A stretch of DNA of 64,000 nucleotides from a virus (lineage: Duplodnaviria; Caudoviricetes): positions 32,001-96,000 of IMG/VR virus record IMGVR_UViG_3300017791_000207; one strand, 5' to 3'. Shown in pieces: positions 10,168 through 19,117 of the stretch. Position 1 is the stretch's first letter; each line of letters begins with the position of its first letter. The notes beneath the pieces are model-generated. The model was not told the DNA's origin, searched no databases, and worked only from the letters and a program-made list of their open reading frames with translations. A program made the position numbers and the translations under genes.

Positions 10168-10594
10168 TCATAAAATAATCATTAACAATATCAGGATATT
10201 TCTCTATCACTAAATCAACTATTTCACTACTCTTAAAGCACACGCCCGAAGGATAACCCGCACCGACCTGACCGTAGCAGCCGATGACAACCCACCGAGA
10301 ACCAGACCAGTATTTTTTAAGGATATACTTATATTGAGAACCATTCTTAAAGTCAGCTACCCAATCACCATTGTAATATTTGGCAATATGAAATAGTTGC
10401 ATCTGAGCATTTAACTGTCTTTCCCACTTATCAGTTGTATTTGATGGATATGGAAGTTTAATACTTTCTATGTTTGGTGAATTGAATGTATCTTTACCAT
10501 AAGCCGTTTCAAACATTATTTGCATGGCTCTTGGACTTTCACCATAATATTTGATAGCATCTTCTTTACTGATTTCTAATTTTTTGTTTTCCAT
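10160..10594 (-). CDS. Paralog of the DGR target protein (second/remote target candidate)
   Basis: WVV..(11 aa)..PSGVCFKSS...YPDIVNDY matches the C-terminus of the 25752-26303 product. Confidence 0.8.
   Translation of the reverse strand: MENKKLEISKEDAIKYYGESPRAMQIMFETAYGKDTFNSPNIESIKLPYPSNTTDKWERQLNAQMQLFHIAKYYNGDWVADFKNGSQYKYILKKYWSGSRWVVIGCYGQVGAGYPSGVCFKSSEIVDLVIEKYPDIVNDYFMID
10236..10307 (-). repeat. VR-like region 2 (diverged copy of DGR TR/VR)
   Basis: GC-rich patch; shares cacacgcccgaagga and gacaaccca exactly with VR1; one codon shorter than TR and has several non-adenine mismatches. Confidence 0.65.
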
Positions 10595-10608
10595 TTTATT
10601 GATTAGTT

Positions 10609-11067
10609 TTAATTTATTTCAATTTCTATTCTTGCAAATTTACCAAGGTTGTCATCTAATTCTCTTTGAATATTATGACCTCCTACCGTAAGATTACTAT
10701 TATAATCTGTACCTGATGTATATTCAGAATATGAATAATGATCTGCTTCCCTTGATGCATCTATATGACCACTCAATTGTTTGAGCATTTCTTCAGATAA
10801 TTCTTGCTTTGAAAGAGGTTTGTATGTGATCCAATATCTTATTGTAAGTGTTTTATCAGGAAAACTATTTTCAACTTCTTGAAAACGAGAAATCAAATCT
10901 TGTTTTAATCCGTCAGGTTGTTTCAAACAAGTCGAACTCCAATTCCCCCAATCCATCCAATCAATTATACCTTCTAATACTATTATTTTCTTTTCCATAA
11001 TTAATCTATCATTTTTCTCCATGATTTTTGAAGTTGCCATATAAATACACAAGCAAAGGCAGTACAA
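10609..11067 (-). CDS. Hypothetical protein (true start probably a downstream Met)
   Basis: ORF in operon context. Confidence 0.5.
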   Translation of the reverse strand: MYCLCLCIYMATSKIMEKNDRLIMEKKIIVLEGIIDWMDWGNWSSTCLKQPDGLKQDLISRFQEVENSFPDKTLTIRYWITYKPLSKQELSEEMLKQLSGHIDASREADHYSYSEYTSGTDYNSNLTVGGHNIQRELDDNLGKFARIEIEIN

Positions 11068-11119
11068 CCTATTATTAAGGTTATAGCTACAGCGGGGTTT
11101 AATTGTTGAAGTTGTTGTA

Positions 11120-11323
11120 TCATAAATAATGTATTTCTTTATATTGTGTATAACGTTCTTTAGCTTCTTCTATGGTTTTATAAGTCGAATAATCTTGACC
11201 AAAACTATACCACCAATAATTTGTAGTTTTATCAAGAAAAATCCATCCTAATAGGAATCCAAATTTCCTGATCCTATAACCATTATACACACGAATGATA
11301 TGTGTCCTAAAATATTTTCTCAT
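11120..11323 (-). CDS. Hypothetical protein, probably leaderless transcript
   Basis: TACCTTTG-TAAT-ATG directly upstream. Confidence 0.6.
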   Translation of the reverse strand: MRKYFRTHIIRVYNGYRIRKFGFLLGWIFLDKTTNYWWYSFGQDYSTYKTIEEAKERYTQYKEIHYL

Positions 11324-11359
11324 ATTACAAAGGTAAGATTAAAATGTGTTTATTGATTG

Positions 11360-11497
11360 TTAAATTTTGTTTTTATATTGAGTTTGTTTAAATTGTAAAA
11401 ACTTCTCTTTACCACCTTCTTCATATGCTTTAATTGCTTTTTGATAAGCATTAGCAGCTTCTTCTGTTTTATAGGTACCTATGTAATTAGGCTTATT
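11360..11497 (-). pseudogene. AP2-like DNA-binding domain remnant (decayed endonuclease gene)
   Basis: Frame reads NKPNYIGTYKTEEAANAYQKA but is preceded by an in-frame stop and has no start. Confidence 0.45.
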
Positions 11498-11535
11498 TTA
11501 TATACTGATGTACTATATTGAATTCTTGTTTCATA

Positions 11536-11793
11536 CTATTTTAAAATTAGATTTATTTTCAGCTTATTTCCTATCATTACAATGTGCCCTTCTGAATACT
11601 CCTTATAAGCCTCATTTATTTTAGATAAAATTAGCTCCCATTTTTGCTGAGGATTATTAGAAAGAACTTCATAATTCAAAATCAATTCACCTTGAATGTG
11701 TGTTCGTTCATGAACGAACCTTATACCTTCAATATCTTTAAAAATTACTCCTAAAATGTATTTGATAGTTCTATTTGATTCAAATGTTTTCAT
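11536..11793 (-). CDS. Hypothetical protein, probably leaderless transcript
   Basis: Same 16-mer (catattacaaaggtaa on +) as at 11321-11336 joins promoter and ATG. Confidence 0.6.
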   Translation of the reverse strand: MKTFESNRTIKYILGVIFKDIEGIRFVHERTHIQGELILNYEVLSNNPQQKWELILSKINEAYKEYSEGHIVMIGNKLKINLILK

Positions 11794-11827
11794 ATTACAA
11801 AGGTAAATGTTTATTTTGATTAAGTTG

Positions 11828-12457
11828 TTAAGGAGATTGTAATTTATCTACGTAAATTAAATTTGTTTTATTCTTGTCTTTTCCGTTCAACCAACCTCTG
11901 AGGGTTGACCATTTAATATTGTAAGCTTCGGCAGCATCTTTACAACAATCAAAAAATATACCTGTTTGTAAATCCACTACTAGTTTAGCTCTACCATTAT
12001 CTCCTCTTTCTCTCCAACCACAAGGTCTTTTAACACCTTTGAATAATTTACTTATTATATTTCTAGTCTCCTCATTGTGAGTTTTTTCGAAAAATGGATT
12101 TTTACTACCTAATTTAACTTCTGAATATTTTTTTCTACTGTCATCTGATAAAACCGAAGGTAAAATATTAGTAGAAGAATAACAACAATTCAATCCTACA
12201 TTTAATGTATCATAAAATTCCTGCCAATAACGTTCTCTTTCATTAAGGTCTTCAATTGAACATTCTTCGATTATTTCAAAAATATGATTTTTGAATCCAT
12301 ATTCTTGCAACGATTGAAAAATTAATCTTTGATTCTTACAACGGTTATTTCGATAAGAACTCCATCTACTTAATATATTTTTACTTTGTCCTACATATAT
12401 TTCTCCAATGGGATTAATGATCTTATAGATTCCTATTATCTTATTTTTATAAGGCAT
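11828..12457 (-). CDS. GIY-YIG homing endonuclease with NUMOD-type C-terminus
   Basis: IGIYKI...IYVGQS...RW..Y, ERERYWQ, NPFFEKTHNEET; likely start MPYKNK at 12457 (ORF-track extension covers promoter/leader). Confidence 0.88.
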   Translation of the reverse strand: MPYKNKIIGIYKIINPIGEIYVGQSKNILSRWSSYRNNRCKNQRLIFQSLQEYGFKNHIFEIIEECSIEDLNERERYWQEFYDTLNVGLNCCYSSTNILPSVLSDDSRKKYSEVKLGSKNPFFEKTHNEETRNIISKLFKGVKRPCGWRERGDNGRAKLVVDLQTGIFFDCCKDAAEAYNIKWSTLRGWLNGKDKNKTNLIYVDKLQSP

Positions 12458-12580
12458 AAACAAAAAATCCTCCAAATTAGGTTGCTGAATCACCGAAGTA
12501 ATACCTAAAATGGAGGAGAATAAGTTTATAATAGATGACTCAGCGATACAAATGTAAAACAAATTATTTACAATTCCAAA
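12458..12580 (-). promoter_or_regulatory. Sigma-A promoter plus pseudoknot-like 5' leader of the GIY-YIG gene
   Basis: TTTG (12577-12580), 20 nt, TACATTTG (12549-12556); stem 12468-12473/12512-12517; segment 12534-12544 pairs with loop 12484-12494. Confidence 0.7.
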
Positions 12581-12581
12581 T

Positions 12582-14636
12582 TTATTTTGATAATTCTTTT
12601 ATTTCTTCCTTAGTTTGAGGTTTACCATAAGTTTCAACAAGCCATTCTTTTCCATAGGTTTCAAGTTGTTTGTTAGTGGGAACCTTGTCTAAACAGAATT
12701 TACGGAAATTTTCAAATTCCTTATTTCTTTTTTCTTCTTCTCTTTTCGCGCGCGCTTTCTCAGCCAATCTTTCTTCTGTGCCATCTATTTTTTCTATGAT
12801 CTTACGACATTCATCAATGTAATAATCATAATCTATACCATATTCAGTAATCGCTGCTTCATAATAAGTATTAAAAATGGTAACTTTCTTATTAGCTTCG
12901 ATATCAATTTGTTTTTCATCCTTGAACTTACGAAATCTTCTTCCTTCCTTAGAAATAAAGTACCTGTTATTCTTTTGCTGAGGAATACTGTCATTTTCAT
13001 CTTCTCCTACCGTTTCACATTTCCATCCATGACTTGCATTGAAAGTTTTACAGAAATCGTAAATATTTTGATGATTATAAATCGTATCAGCTACAGGAAT
13101 ATCCTTTAAATAGAATTCTGATAGGGCATGAGTGACCACACATTGAGATAAGGACTTATGGTATTCTCCATCTTTAATCATCTCTTCACGAGGCTTAAAA
13201 GCACCTTTATATTTAACTTTACCTTTTACATCTTGACTTAGATAGTTATTAACATCTCTTATCACCATTTTTTGATAAGCAACATACTCCAAACCTAATT
13301 TTGTTGTTTTTTCCCATTCCTGACAAACTTCCCAATACAGGCGTTTATATTCTATAGGGATCATTACTGTAATACCATCTGTGTTTACCTGTAATACTTT
13401 TAAATTGGGTACTTTCGTCATCAACATTTCAGATAACATACAAAGTGCTAATTGTCCCGCAAGAGTAGTTTTCAAGGTATATAAAGGATCATATAAGAAG
13501 CTATACATACTATTACTCTTGCCGTAGGTAGCATTTGCGGAGATCTTCAACCCATCAGCCATGGTCTTATCTCCTCGTTTCTTAGCCTCCATACGAGGTT
13601 TTACAATGTTATCCTCATATACAGTAAGAAATTCCTTACCCAAGTGATAAGGATATAAACCATTGGTAATAGCTAAGTTAGGATACAAGGAACCTACGTC
13701 CGCATCAACAATACATTCTTTATCCGTAGATTTATATATTCCTGGTTTAATACACATGTGAATGCCTCCTGTCCCAAGGTCAAACTCAGCATCTCCAAAC
13801 GAAAAAGAGTATTTAAAAGAATCCTTTAATTCCGTTACTTCAATGCCTTTTAAATATTCAAGAAGTTCATTAAATTCAGGAGTCTCAAAACTTACATAAT
13901 CAGGGATACATTCGCGAAATCTAAAACCCTTACGAAAAGTCCTCATCTTACGAACTTCATCAATAGGTTTAGATGTATGTTCACAATATAATTTGAGTAC
14001 TAATTCTTCACCAATTTTACTATCGGAGAAATTCATACAATTTATACCATATTTGTCTCTTAATCCTCTCCTAAGTTCAAGTTTATCTAAAGTCTTGGTA
14101 TAAAATGTCTTGGTAGCTTCTACATCATTTTTATTGTATGATAGGATTTCTTGCACTTGTTCTTCTGTTTCTATTTCTTGATCGTGAGCATAAGGCATAT
14201 CTTGGACATTCGGAAACTGCATAGCTATTTCTAGCTTTTTAAGTGAACATCTCCTAGCATTATTATCGTAGTGCCAAATCTTATAAAGATCCAACTGAGG
14301 AATAAGAACTTCGACTTCCTTTACCATAGAAAATAACTCGTCAATTACTTTTTGAGCTTTTTTATAGATTTCCTTGGCTAATCGTTTTCCTGTATAAGTA
14401 AGGAATTTATCTCTATTTTTTAGAATATGATGAATTACGGGATAATCGAACTCCAAATTATTATACCCTATTTGTCCTTTAAGAGTGTCTAAATGGTCTA
14501 ATAAAGCAGGTAAATCATTTCTTTTATGCCAAATAACAAACATTTTAGTATCATCGCTGTCTCTGTCTGTACCCGTATAAGTGAAACAATTACAGAGAGT
14601 CTCAATATCATAAACTTCTACTCTATTCTTTACCAT
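12582..14636 (-). CDS. polB: Family B DNA polymerase
   Basis: YDIET, GYNNLEFD, YNKND exonuclease motifs; DADVGSLYPN, KISANATYGK, NTDG polymerase motifs. Confidence 0.95.
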   Translation of the reverse strand: MVKNRVEVYDIETLCNCFTYTGTDRDSDDTKMFVIWHKRNDLPALLDHLDTLKGQIGYNNLEFDYPVIHHILKNRDKFLTYTGKRLAKEIYKKAQKVIDELFSMVKEVEVLIPQLDLYKIWHYDNNARRCSLKKLEIAMQFPNVQDMPYAHDQEIETEEQVQEILSYNKNDVEATKTFYTKTLDKLELRRGLRDKYGINCMNFSDSKIGEELVLKLYCEHTSKPIDEVRKMRTFRKGFRFRECIPDYVSFETPEFNELLEYLKGIEVTELKDSFKYSFSFGDAEFDLGTGGIHMCIKPGIYKSTDKECIVDADVGSLYPNLAITNGLYPYHLGKEFLTVYEDNIVKPRMEAKKRGDKTMADGLKISANATYGKSNSMYSFLYDPLYTLKTTLAGQLALCMLSEMLMTKVPNLKVLQVNTDGITVMIPIEYKRLYWEVCQEWEKTTKLGLEYVAYQKMVIRDVNNYLSQDVKGKVKYKGAFKPREEMIKDGEYHKSLSQCVVTHALSEFYLKDIPVADTIYNHQNIYDFCKTFNASHGWKCETVGEDENDSIPQQKNNRYFISKEGRRFRKFKDEKQIDIEANKKVTIFNTYYEAAITEYGIDYDYYIDECRKIIEKIDGTEERLAEKARAKREEEKRNKEFENFRKFCLDKVPTNKQLETYGKEWLVETYGKPQTKEEIKELSK

Positions 14637-15463
14637 TGGTATATTCCTCCTCTATCAATAAAGGTTTTACGATTAAGGTTTATTTCAGAAAGACATTTGT
14701 TCAAGGTATTCTCTTGAAGTTTACTGGAATAAGTATGTCTTCCTTCACTATTTTCGAATAATCTCCCTTGAGGATCAATCAGTAAATAAGATCCTGTCAT
14801 AGCTTCATTATCTTCTACTACCATAGAAGGATGAGAGTGTTTTTGAACAAATCTTTCAAATCCATTCCAATAAGTTCTAATTTCTTCAAATTGAGTATCA
14901 TTTTGACCTTCTACTCTAAGCGTGTCAAATATTTTCCATCGAGAAGGGTTAGCCCATGAAATGAATTTTTGCATATCTTCATTTTGGTTGTATCTATTTA
15001 CTACAGTATTTATTTTCAGTTTAAATCCCATAGACTTTATTTTATGGATTAACACAAAATAATCAAATTCTTTTTTGGAAGTACGCCCTATTTTAAGGTT
15101 AGTTTCAGGATTCAGAGAGTCAATAGAAATACCAATCCAATCGAGTTTACCTTTGAATTTAGTTAGAAGTTCATCTGTCAATAAAGAACCATTTGTAATA
15201 ATAGAAGTTACCAAGTCTATCTTCTTAGAATAAGAAATAACTTCATAAATCCATCTGTAAAGAAGTGGTTCTCCTCCCGCGAAAGTCACTTTCTCTACTC
15301 CACCTTCTTTAAGCTTATCCAAGATATTGAATACATCCCCTTTAGAGATCTGATTTATAACATGCATATCTTCAAAGGTTGCATAACAGAATTTACATTT
15401 CATGTTACATGGTTTGACTATATGGAATGATACTGTCTCAAATGGTTTATTATCGTTTTTCAT
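14630..15463 (-). CDS. Viperin-family radical SAM enzyme (ddhNTP synthase-like)
   Basis: SFHIVKPCNMKCKFCY (CxxxCxxC), KVTFAGGEP, SIITNGS, WIGISIDS, KINTVV, RWKIF, EDNEAMTGSYLLIDPQGRLF, C-terminal FIDRGGIYQW: the motif series of viperins. Confidence 0.9.
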   Translation of the reverse strand: MKNDNKPFETVSFHIVKPCNMKCKFCYATFEDMHVINQISKGDVFNILDKLKEGGVEKVTFAGGEPLLYRWIYEVISYSKKIDLVTSIITNGSLLTDELLTKFKGKLDWIGISIDSLNPETNLKIGRTSKKEFDYFVLIHKIKSMGFKLKINTVVNRYNQNEDMQKFISWANPSRWKIFDTLRVEGQNDTQFEEIRTYWNGFERFVQKHSHPSMVVEDNEAMTGSYLLIDPQGRLFENSEGRHTYSSKLQENTLNKCLSEINLNRKTFIDRGGIYQW

Positions 15464-15743
15464 ACTTTCTCTTTTTCTTAAAACTATTAGAATAATACTC
15501 CTTCAACTTCTTAATCTTCTCTGCTAAGTTTTCATACCTATTGATAGCTTCTATATGTTTGTCTATTTCTATCCAGTCGATGTATAATATGTTTTCTTGT
15601 TGTACCATTTTATCCATTCTTTTGAGAATCTATCATTTTGAATCTATAAATTCTAAGTAACATTCTAAATTTAGCACGAGTAGTCCAATTTCTTGGAAAT
15701 CTTTTTTCTTTTAATTGTCGAAGGTAAAAGAAATCATTATTTG

Positions 15744-16115
15744 TCATATTTTGATAAGTTTTAATGCTTCCTGTAATCCTAATTCAAGGCACTCTTCATA
15801 ATTACTAAAAGAGTTCATACAAGTATAACGTGTTCTTTCACCTATCTGATTTGGAGTATCATAGTGATAGATATCATAAGAATACTTGCCTGATGATCTT
15901 AGTATCGGTAATACATCTATTTTATGGATTTCTCTTAACCATTTTTGAAGTAGTCCTTGTGTTGGGGCAGAGATTATTTCTTTAGCATATGCATGCCAAT
16001 GAGCTACATAATTATTTAATTTCTTATCTACATAGACTTTTTCATTTGGATCAATAACAAAACCCCTTTGTTTAGTTAAGACTGCTGTCTCATAACTTAT
16101 TAATTGTTCTTCCAT
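15744..16115 (-). CDS. Hypothetical phage protein
   Basis: ISYETA.L.K..GF...APTQ.LLQKWLRE motif common in Bacteroidota phages. Confidence 0.6.
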   Translation of the reverse strand: MEEQLISYETAVLTKQRGFVIDPNEKVYVDKKLNNYVAHWHAYAKEIISAPTQGLLQKWLREIHKIDVLPILRSSGKYSYDIYHYDTPNQIGERTRYTCMNSFSNYEECLELGLQEALKLIKI

Positions 16116-16837
16116 TATCTTCTTTTAAGTAAAGGTACGAAAAATATTAACATCATAATACCTGAAAAAATAAAATCTGTGGAATGTTTGTCTAAAATAT
16201 GTTTAACATTGACAAGAGCAGGAGTATAATCTACAATTGCAGTAAATAAGAGTTTTAAACCTAATAAACCAATTACAATAAATGCTGATTTTTCAAGAGT
16301 TGGAAATTTCTCCATGAGTACAGAAAACCTGCTTGCAATGAATCTCATGATAAAAATACCAATGAACACTCCAATACAAATTATCCAAATATTTTTACTC
16401 ATACCCACTACAGCAACCAAATTATCCAAGGAAAATACAATATCAACAAACTCCACTACAATTACCGTACTCCAAAACACATTGATTCCTGACCTAGAAA
16501 CAAGCTTATCAAACCAATGTGTTTCTCCTTCTTCAATAGAGTCTTTCTGCGGTGTTAATCCTCCATAGGTAAGTTTCAAAAGATATAATCCTCCAAGAAT
16601 CTTAAATATATCTCCTACAACAGGATTATTTAAGAGCCATGCTACTAAAAATAAACATGCTCCTCTGAAAACACAAGCCCCTACAATACCATACTTTAAT
16701 GCTTTATCTCTATCTTTACCTTGTAGATTTTTATTGACTATTACTGCCAAAACGGCAGCGTTGTCAATTGAAAGAGAGGCTTCTAAAAGTACGATTATCA
16801 ATACAGTACATATTAATTGAATTATTTCTGTTATCAT
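16115..16837 (-). CDS. terC: TerC-family integral membrane protein
   Basis: LEASLSIDNAAVLA, ALKYGIVGA..FR, DIVFSLDNLVAVV, FPTLEKSAF, multiple TM helices. Confidence 0.93.
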   Translation of the reverse strand: MITEIIQLICTVLIIVLLEASLSIDNAAVLAVIVNKNLQGKDRDKALKYGIVGACVFRGACLFLVAWLLNNPVVGDIFKILGGLYLLKLTYGGLTPQKDSIEEGETHWFDKLVSRSGINVFWSTVIVVEFVDIVFSLDNLVAVVGMSKNIWIICIGVFIGIFIMRFIASRFSVLMEKFPTLEKSAFIVIGLLGLKLLFTAIVDYTPALVNVKHILDKHSTDFIFSGIMMLIFFVPLLKRR

Positions 16838-16943
16838 TTTGTCAGGTTTTTGATTTTACGTTTATAATAGAATTTAGTTAATTTATGACCTATGAAAAGT
16901 CCTATTGTTAAGGAGAGGATGAAATACATCCACACTAGAGTTG

Positions 16944-17804
16944 TCATTTGATTAAGTTTTTGGTTTGAAGAAGTGTTTTGATGTATTTCAGGTTTTCTTG
17001 GTAGCTTTCATCAAGATGATATGAATTACCAATTGCCTGATGATAAAGTGTGTGAAGGAATTTATAAGATTGGTATGAAACAAAAGTTTTAAATTCCTCT
17101 TTCTTACTGTTGAGAATATACTTTACAGTTCGTGTATTAAGTAGAAATCCACCTATAGACTTCATTACTTGGTTTAGTTGCACCAAGGATTTTACATAGG
17201 CATAATTCAAATAATTCTCAATGTTTGGGTTGATATCAGCATTAACTAATTCTGCATAATAAAGGTAAGAATATTCGCACTCCAACTGGTAAGAATCCAC
17301 CATTTTCTGAATCATCTTTTCATGTGAACCTGTAATTCTAATATCATCTAGGAACAGACAGTATTTACCTTTTACAAAGTCCTTGTCAATATGAAAGGTA
17401 TCTTTCCCAATCAATCTCATGCGATCCTCAGCAGATAAGGCACCATAGTCCTCATGATAAGAAATACTACGTGTAATCTTTGTCTCTTGTACAACAGGTA
17501 AATTATGCTCGGCTAGCCAATGGTTTAAAGCCCTCACAAAATAATCCTTCATGGCAAATGTAGCCGTAGGAATAAACTGATAGGGAGAAGATACTACCAC
17601 TATTTGGGTACCTTTAAACTCACGAGGAGAATACATCTCGTATATTTGACCTATAAACTTTTGAGCAAGTTCTTCACCGAATTGTTGAGCAATCTTTTTA
17701 TGTCCGAATTTAAATTTTGAATAATCAATTGGGCTGAATGGTATTTCTTCAGATTTAATTTGGTGTACTGCAATAGTTGAGGACTTCACTAAATTGTTTG
17801 TCAT
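16944..17804 (-). CDS. Ter-associated phosphoribosyltransferase (PRTase)
   Basis: YSKFKFG, SSPYQFIPTA, PRPP-binding loop LFLDDIRITGSHE; start probably MTNNLV (17804). Confidence 0.8.
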   Translation of the reverse strand: MTNNLVKSSTIAVHQIKSEEIPFSPIDYSKFKFGHKKIAQQFGEELAQKFIGQIYEMYSPREFKGTQIVVVSSPYQFIPTATFAMKDYFVRALNHWLAEHNLPVVQETKITRSISYHEDYGALSAEDRMRLIGKDTFHIDKDFVKGKYCLFLDDIRITGSHEKMIQKMVDSYQLECEYSYLYYAELVNADINPNIENYLNYAYVKSLVQLNQVMKSIGGFLLNTRTVKYILNSKKEEFKTFVSYQSYKFLHTLYHQAIGNSYHLDESYQENLKYIKTLLQTKNLIK

Positions 17805-18366
17805 TTGTATTAATTTGTAGATATGGAATTCCGATTTGTTGACAACCTCCATCAGCAATAGGATTATCTCCTATATGAAGGTGAGCTCTTTCATCAAAGA
17901 ATCGTGGATTAGGTTTAGCCATTCCTGTTACATCAGAATAAGCACAGTAGTCAATAAGTTTGGGAAATAGGGTTTTAATTACCTTATCCAAGGTTCTTCC
18001 TTCAATAACACCTGTATTGGATATAATGCCCACTGATATACCACTTTCTTTTAAGATACTGAGTGTAGGAATAATGGTTTCATCATAGGGTAATGGTATA
18101 TTTTCAAGGAATATAGCCTCTAAATCAGGGTAGATCTTATCATAATCGGGATACTTACCACCTTCTATCGAGAGGTAATGATATCTTTCAATAAGTGTGG
18201 AATGTCTGCCTGTTATTTCATCAAGACGAGTGAAATAATCTTTCATCTTTTTCACTGATAATTCAGTTACTCCAAAATACTTTTTCCAAACTCTTTCATA
18301 CGCCAAACCCCTGAATAAGGGATTCGGACGTATAAGAGTCATCCATAGATCGGTTGTGATGATCAT
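17755..18366 (-). CDS. HAD-family hydrolase (ter-associated)
   Basis: DLWMTL motif I, IISNTG, SD..G.AKP, HIGDN..ADG. Confidence 0.88.
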   Translation of the reverse strand: MIITTDLWMTLIRPNPLFRGLAYERVWKKYFGVTELSVKKMKDYFTRLDEITGRHSTLIERYHYLSIEGGKYPDYDKIYPDLEAIFLENIPLPYDETIIPTLSILKESGISVGIISNTGVIEGRTLDKVIKTLFPKLIDYCAYSDVTGMAKPNPRFFDERAHLHIGDNPIADGGCQQIGIPYLQINTNDKQFSEVLNYCSTPN

Positions 18367-18508
18367 TAGAATAATTTAATTTGATTTCTTTTAGATTGAC
18401 CAAGAGAGTAATAAAAATACCATACTCCTGATACCTTGTTAAAAGCAGGTTTTAAAATTGATCCTGCAAAGAAAGCTAGAATTACTGATAAAAGATAGAA
18501 TAACATAA

Positions 18509-19084
18509 TTAAGAATTTGTATAATGATTTGCAATTTCGTTAATATTACCATTTGATCCTGTGCCTAATGCTTCGAATTTCCACTCATCATTATGCTTGT
18601 ATATTTTACCAAACATCACACCATTAAAGCCTGAATAATCTTCTGATAAATCATACTTGATCAGTTCGGTATTGCTGTCAGCATTTACAGCACGAATAAA
18701 TGCATTTCTTACCATTCCAAATTGTTGATTTCCACGAGAAGAAGCTTCATAGATATTCACTCCAATGGCGACTTCATTACAATCATCAGGTAAGGTACTT
18801 AGATCAATCATAATAACTTCATCATCTCCATCTCCTGCACCAGTTAAGTTATCACCGCCATGTTTGACACCTTGGCCTACCTTGTTATTGAAGTAGATGA
18901 TGGATTGAACACCTCCGTGTAATTTACCATCTTTGATTTCTAAGGCAAAAGCATCTAAATCATAGGCAGGACCATTGCCTTGGTTAACATCCCAACCTAA
19001 ACCGATGTTTAATTTTGTAAGACCTGGGTTTGTTTTCGTCAAGTCTACTTTTTGTCCTTTTACTAAATTAATTGTGTCTGACAT
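18509..19084 (-). CDS. terD: TerD-family stress protein
   Basis: INLVKGQKVDL, GLGWD, YDLDA, GDNLTGAGDGDDE, FGMVRNAFIR, YDLSED, WKFEALG. Confidence 0.95.
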   Translation of the reverse strand: MSDTINLVKGQKVDLTKTNPGLTKLNIGLGWDVNQGNGPAYDLDAFALEIKDGKLHGGVQSIIYFNNKVGQGVKHGGDNLTGAGDGDDEVIMIDLSTLPDDCNEVAIGVNIYEASSRGNQQFGMVRNAFIRAVNADSNTELIKYDLSEDYSGFNGVMFGKIYKHNDEWKFEALGTGSNGNINEIANHYTNS

Positions 19085-19117
19085 TTTTGATTTGTTTTTT
19101 TTTGTTGTTATTGCTTA

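Noticed and set aside
6935-12457. Group I introns hosting the HNH and GIY-YIG genes
   Set aside because: Flanking genes (dnaB, polB) are complete, and each endonuclease has its own promoter, so they are free-standing
14630-15463. Radical SAM as MoaA, NrdG or QueE
   Set aside because: No second Fe-S cluster motif, and the C-terminal SYL.IDP.GR and RGG.Y.W motifs are viperin-type
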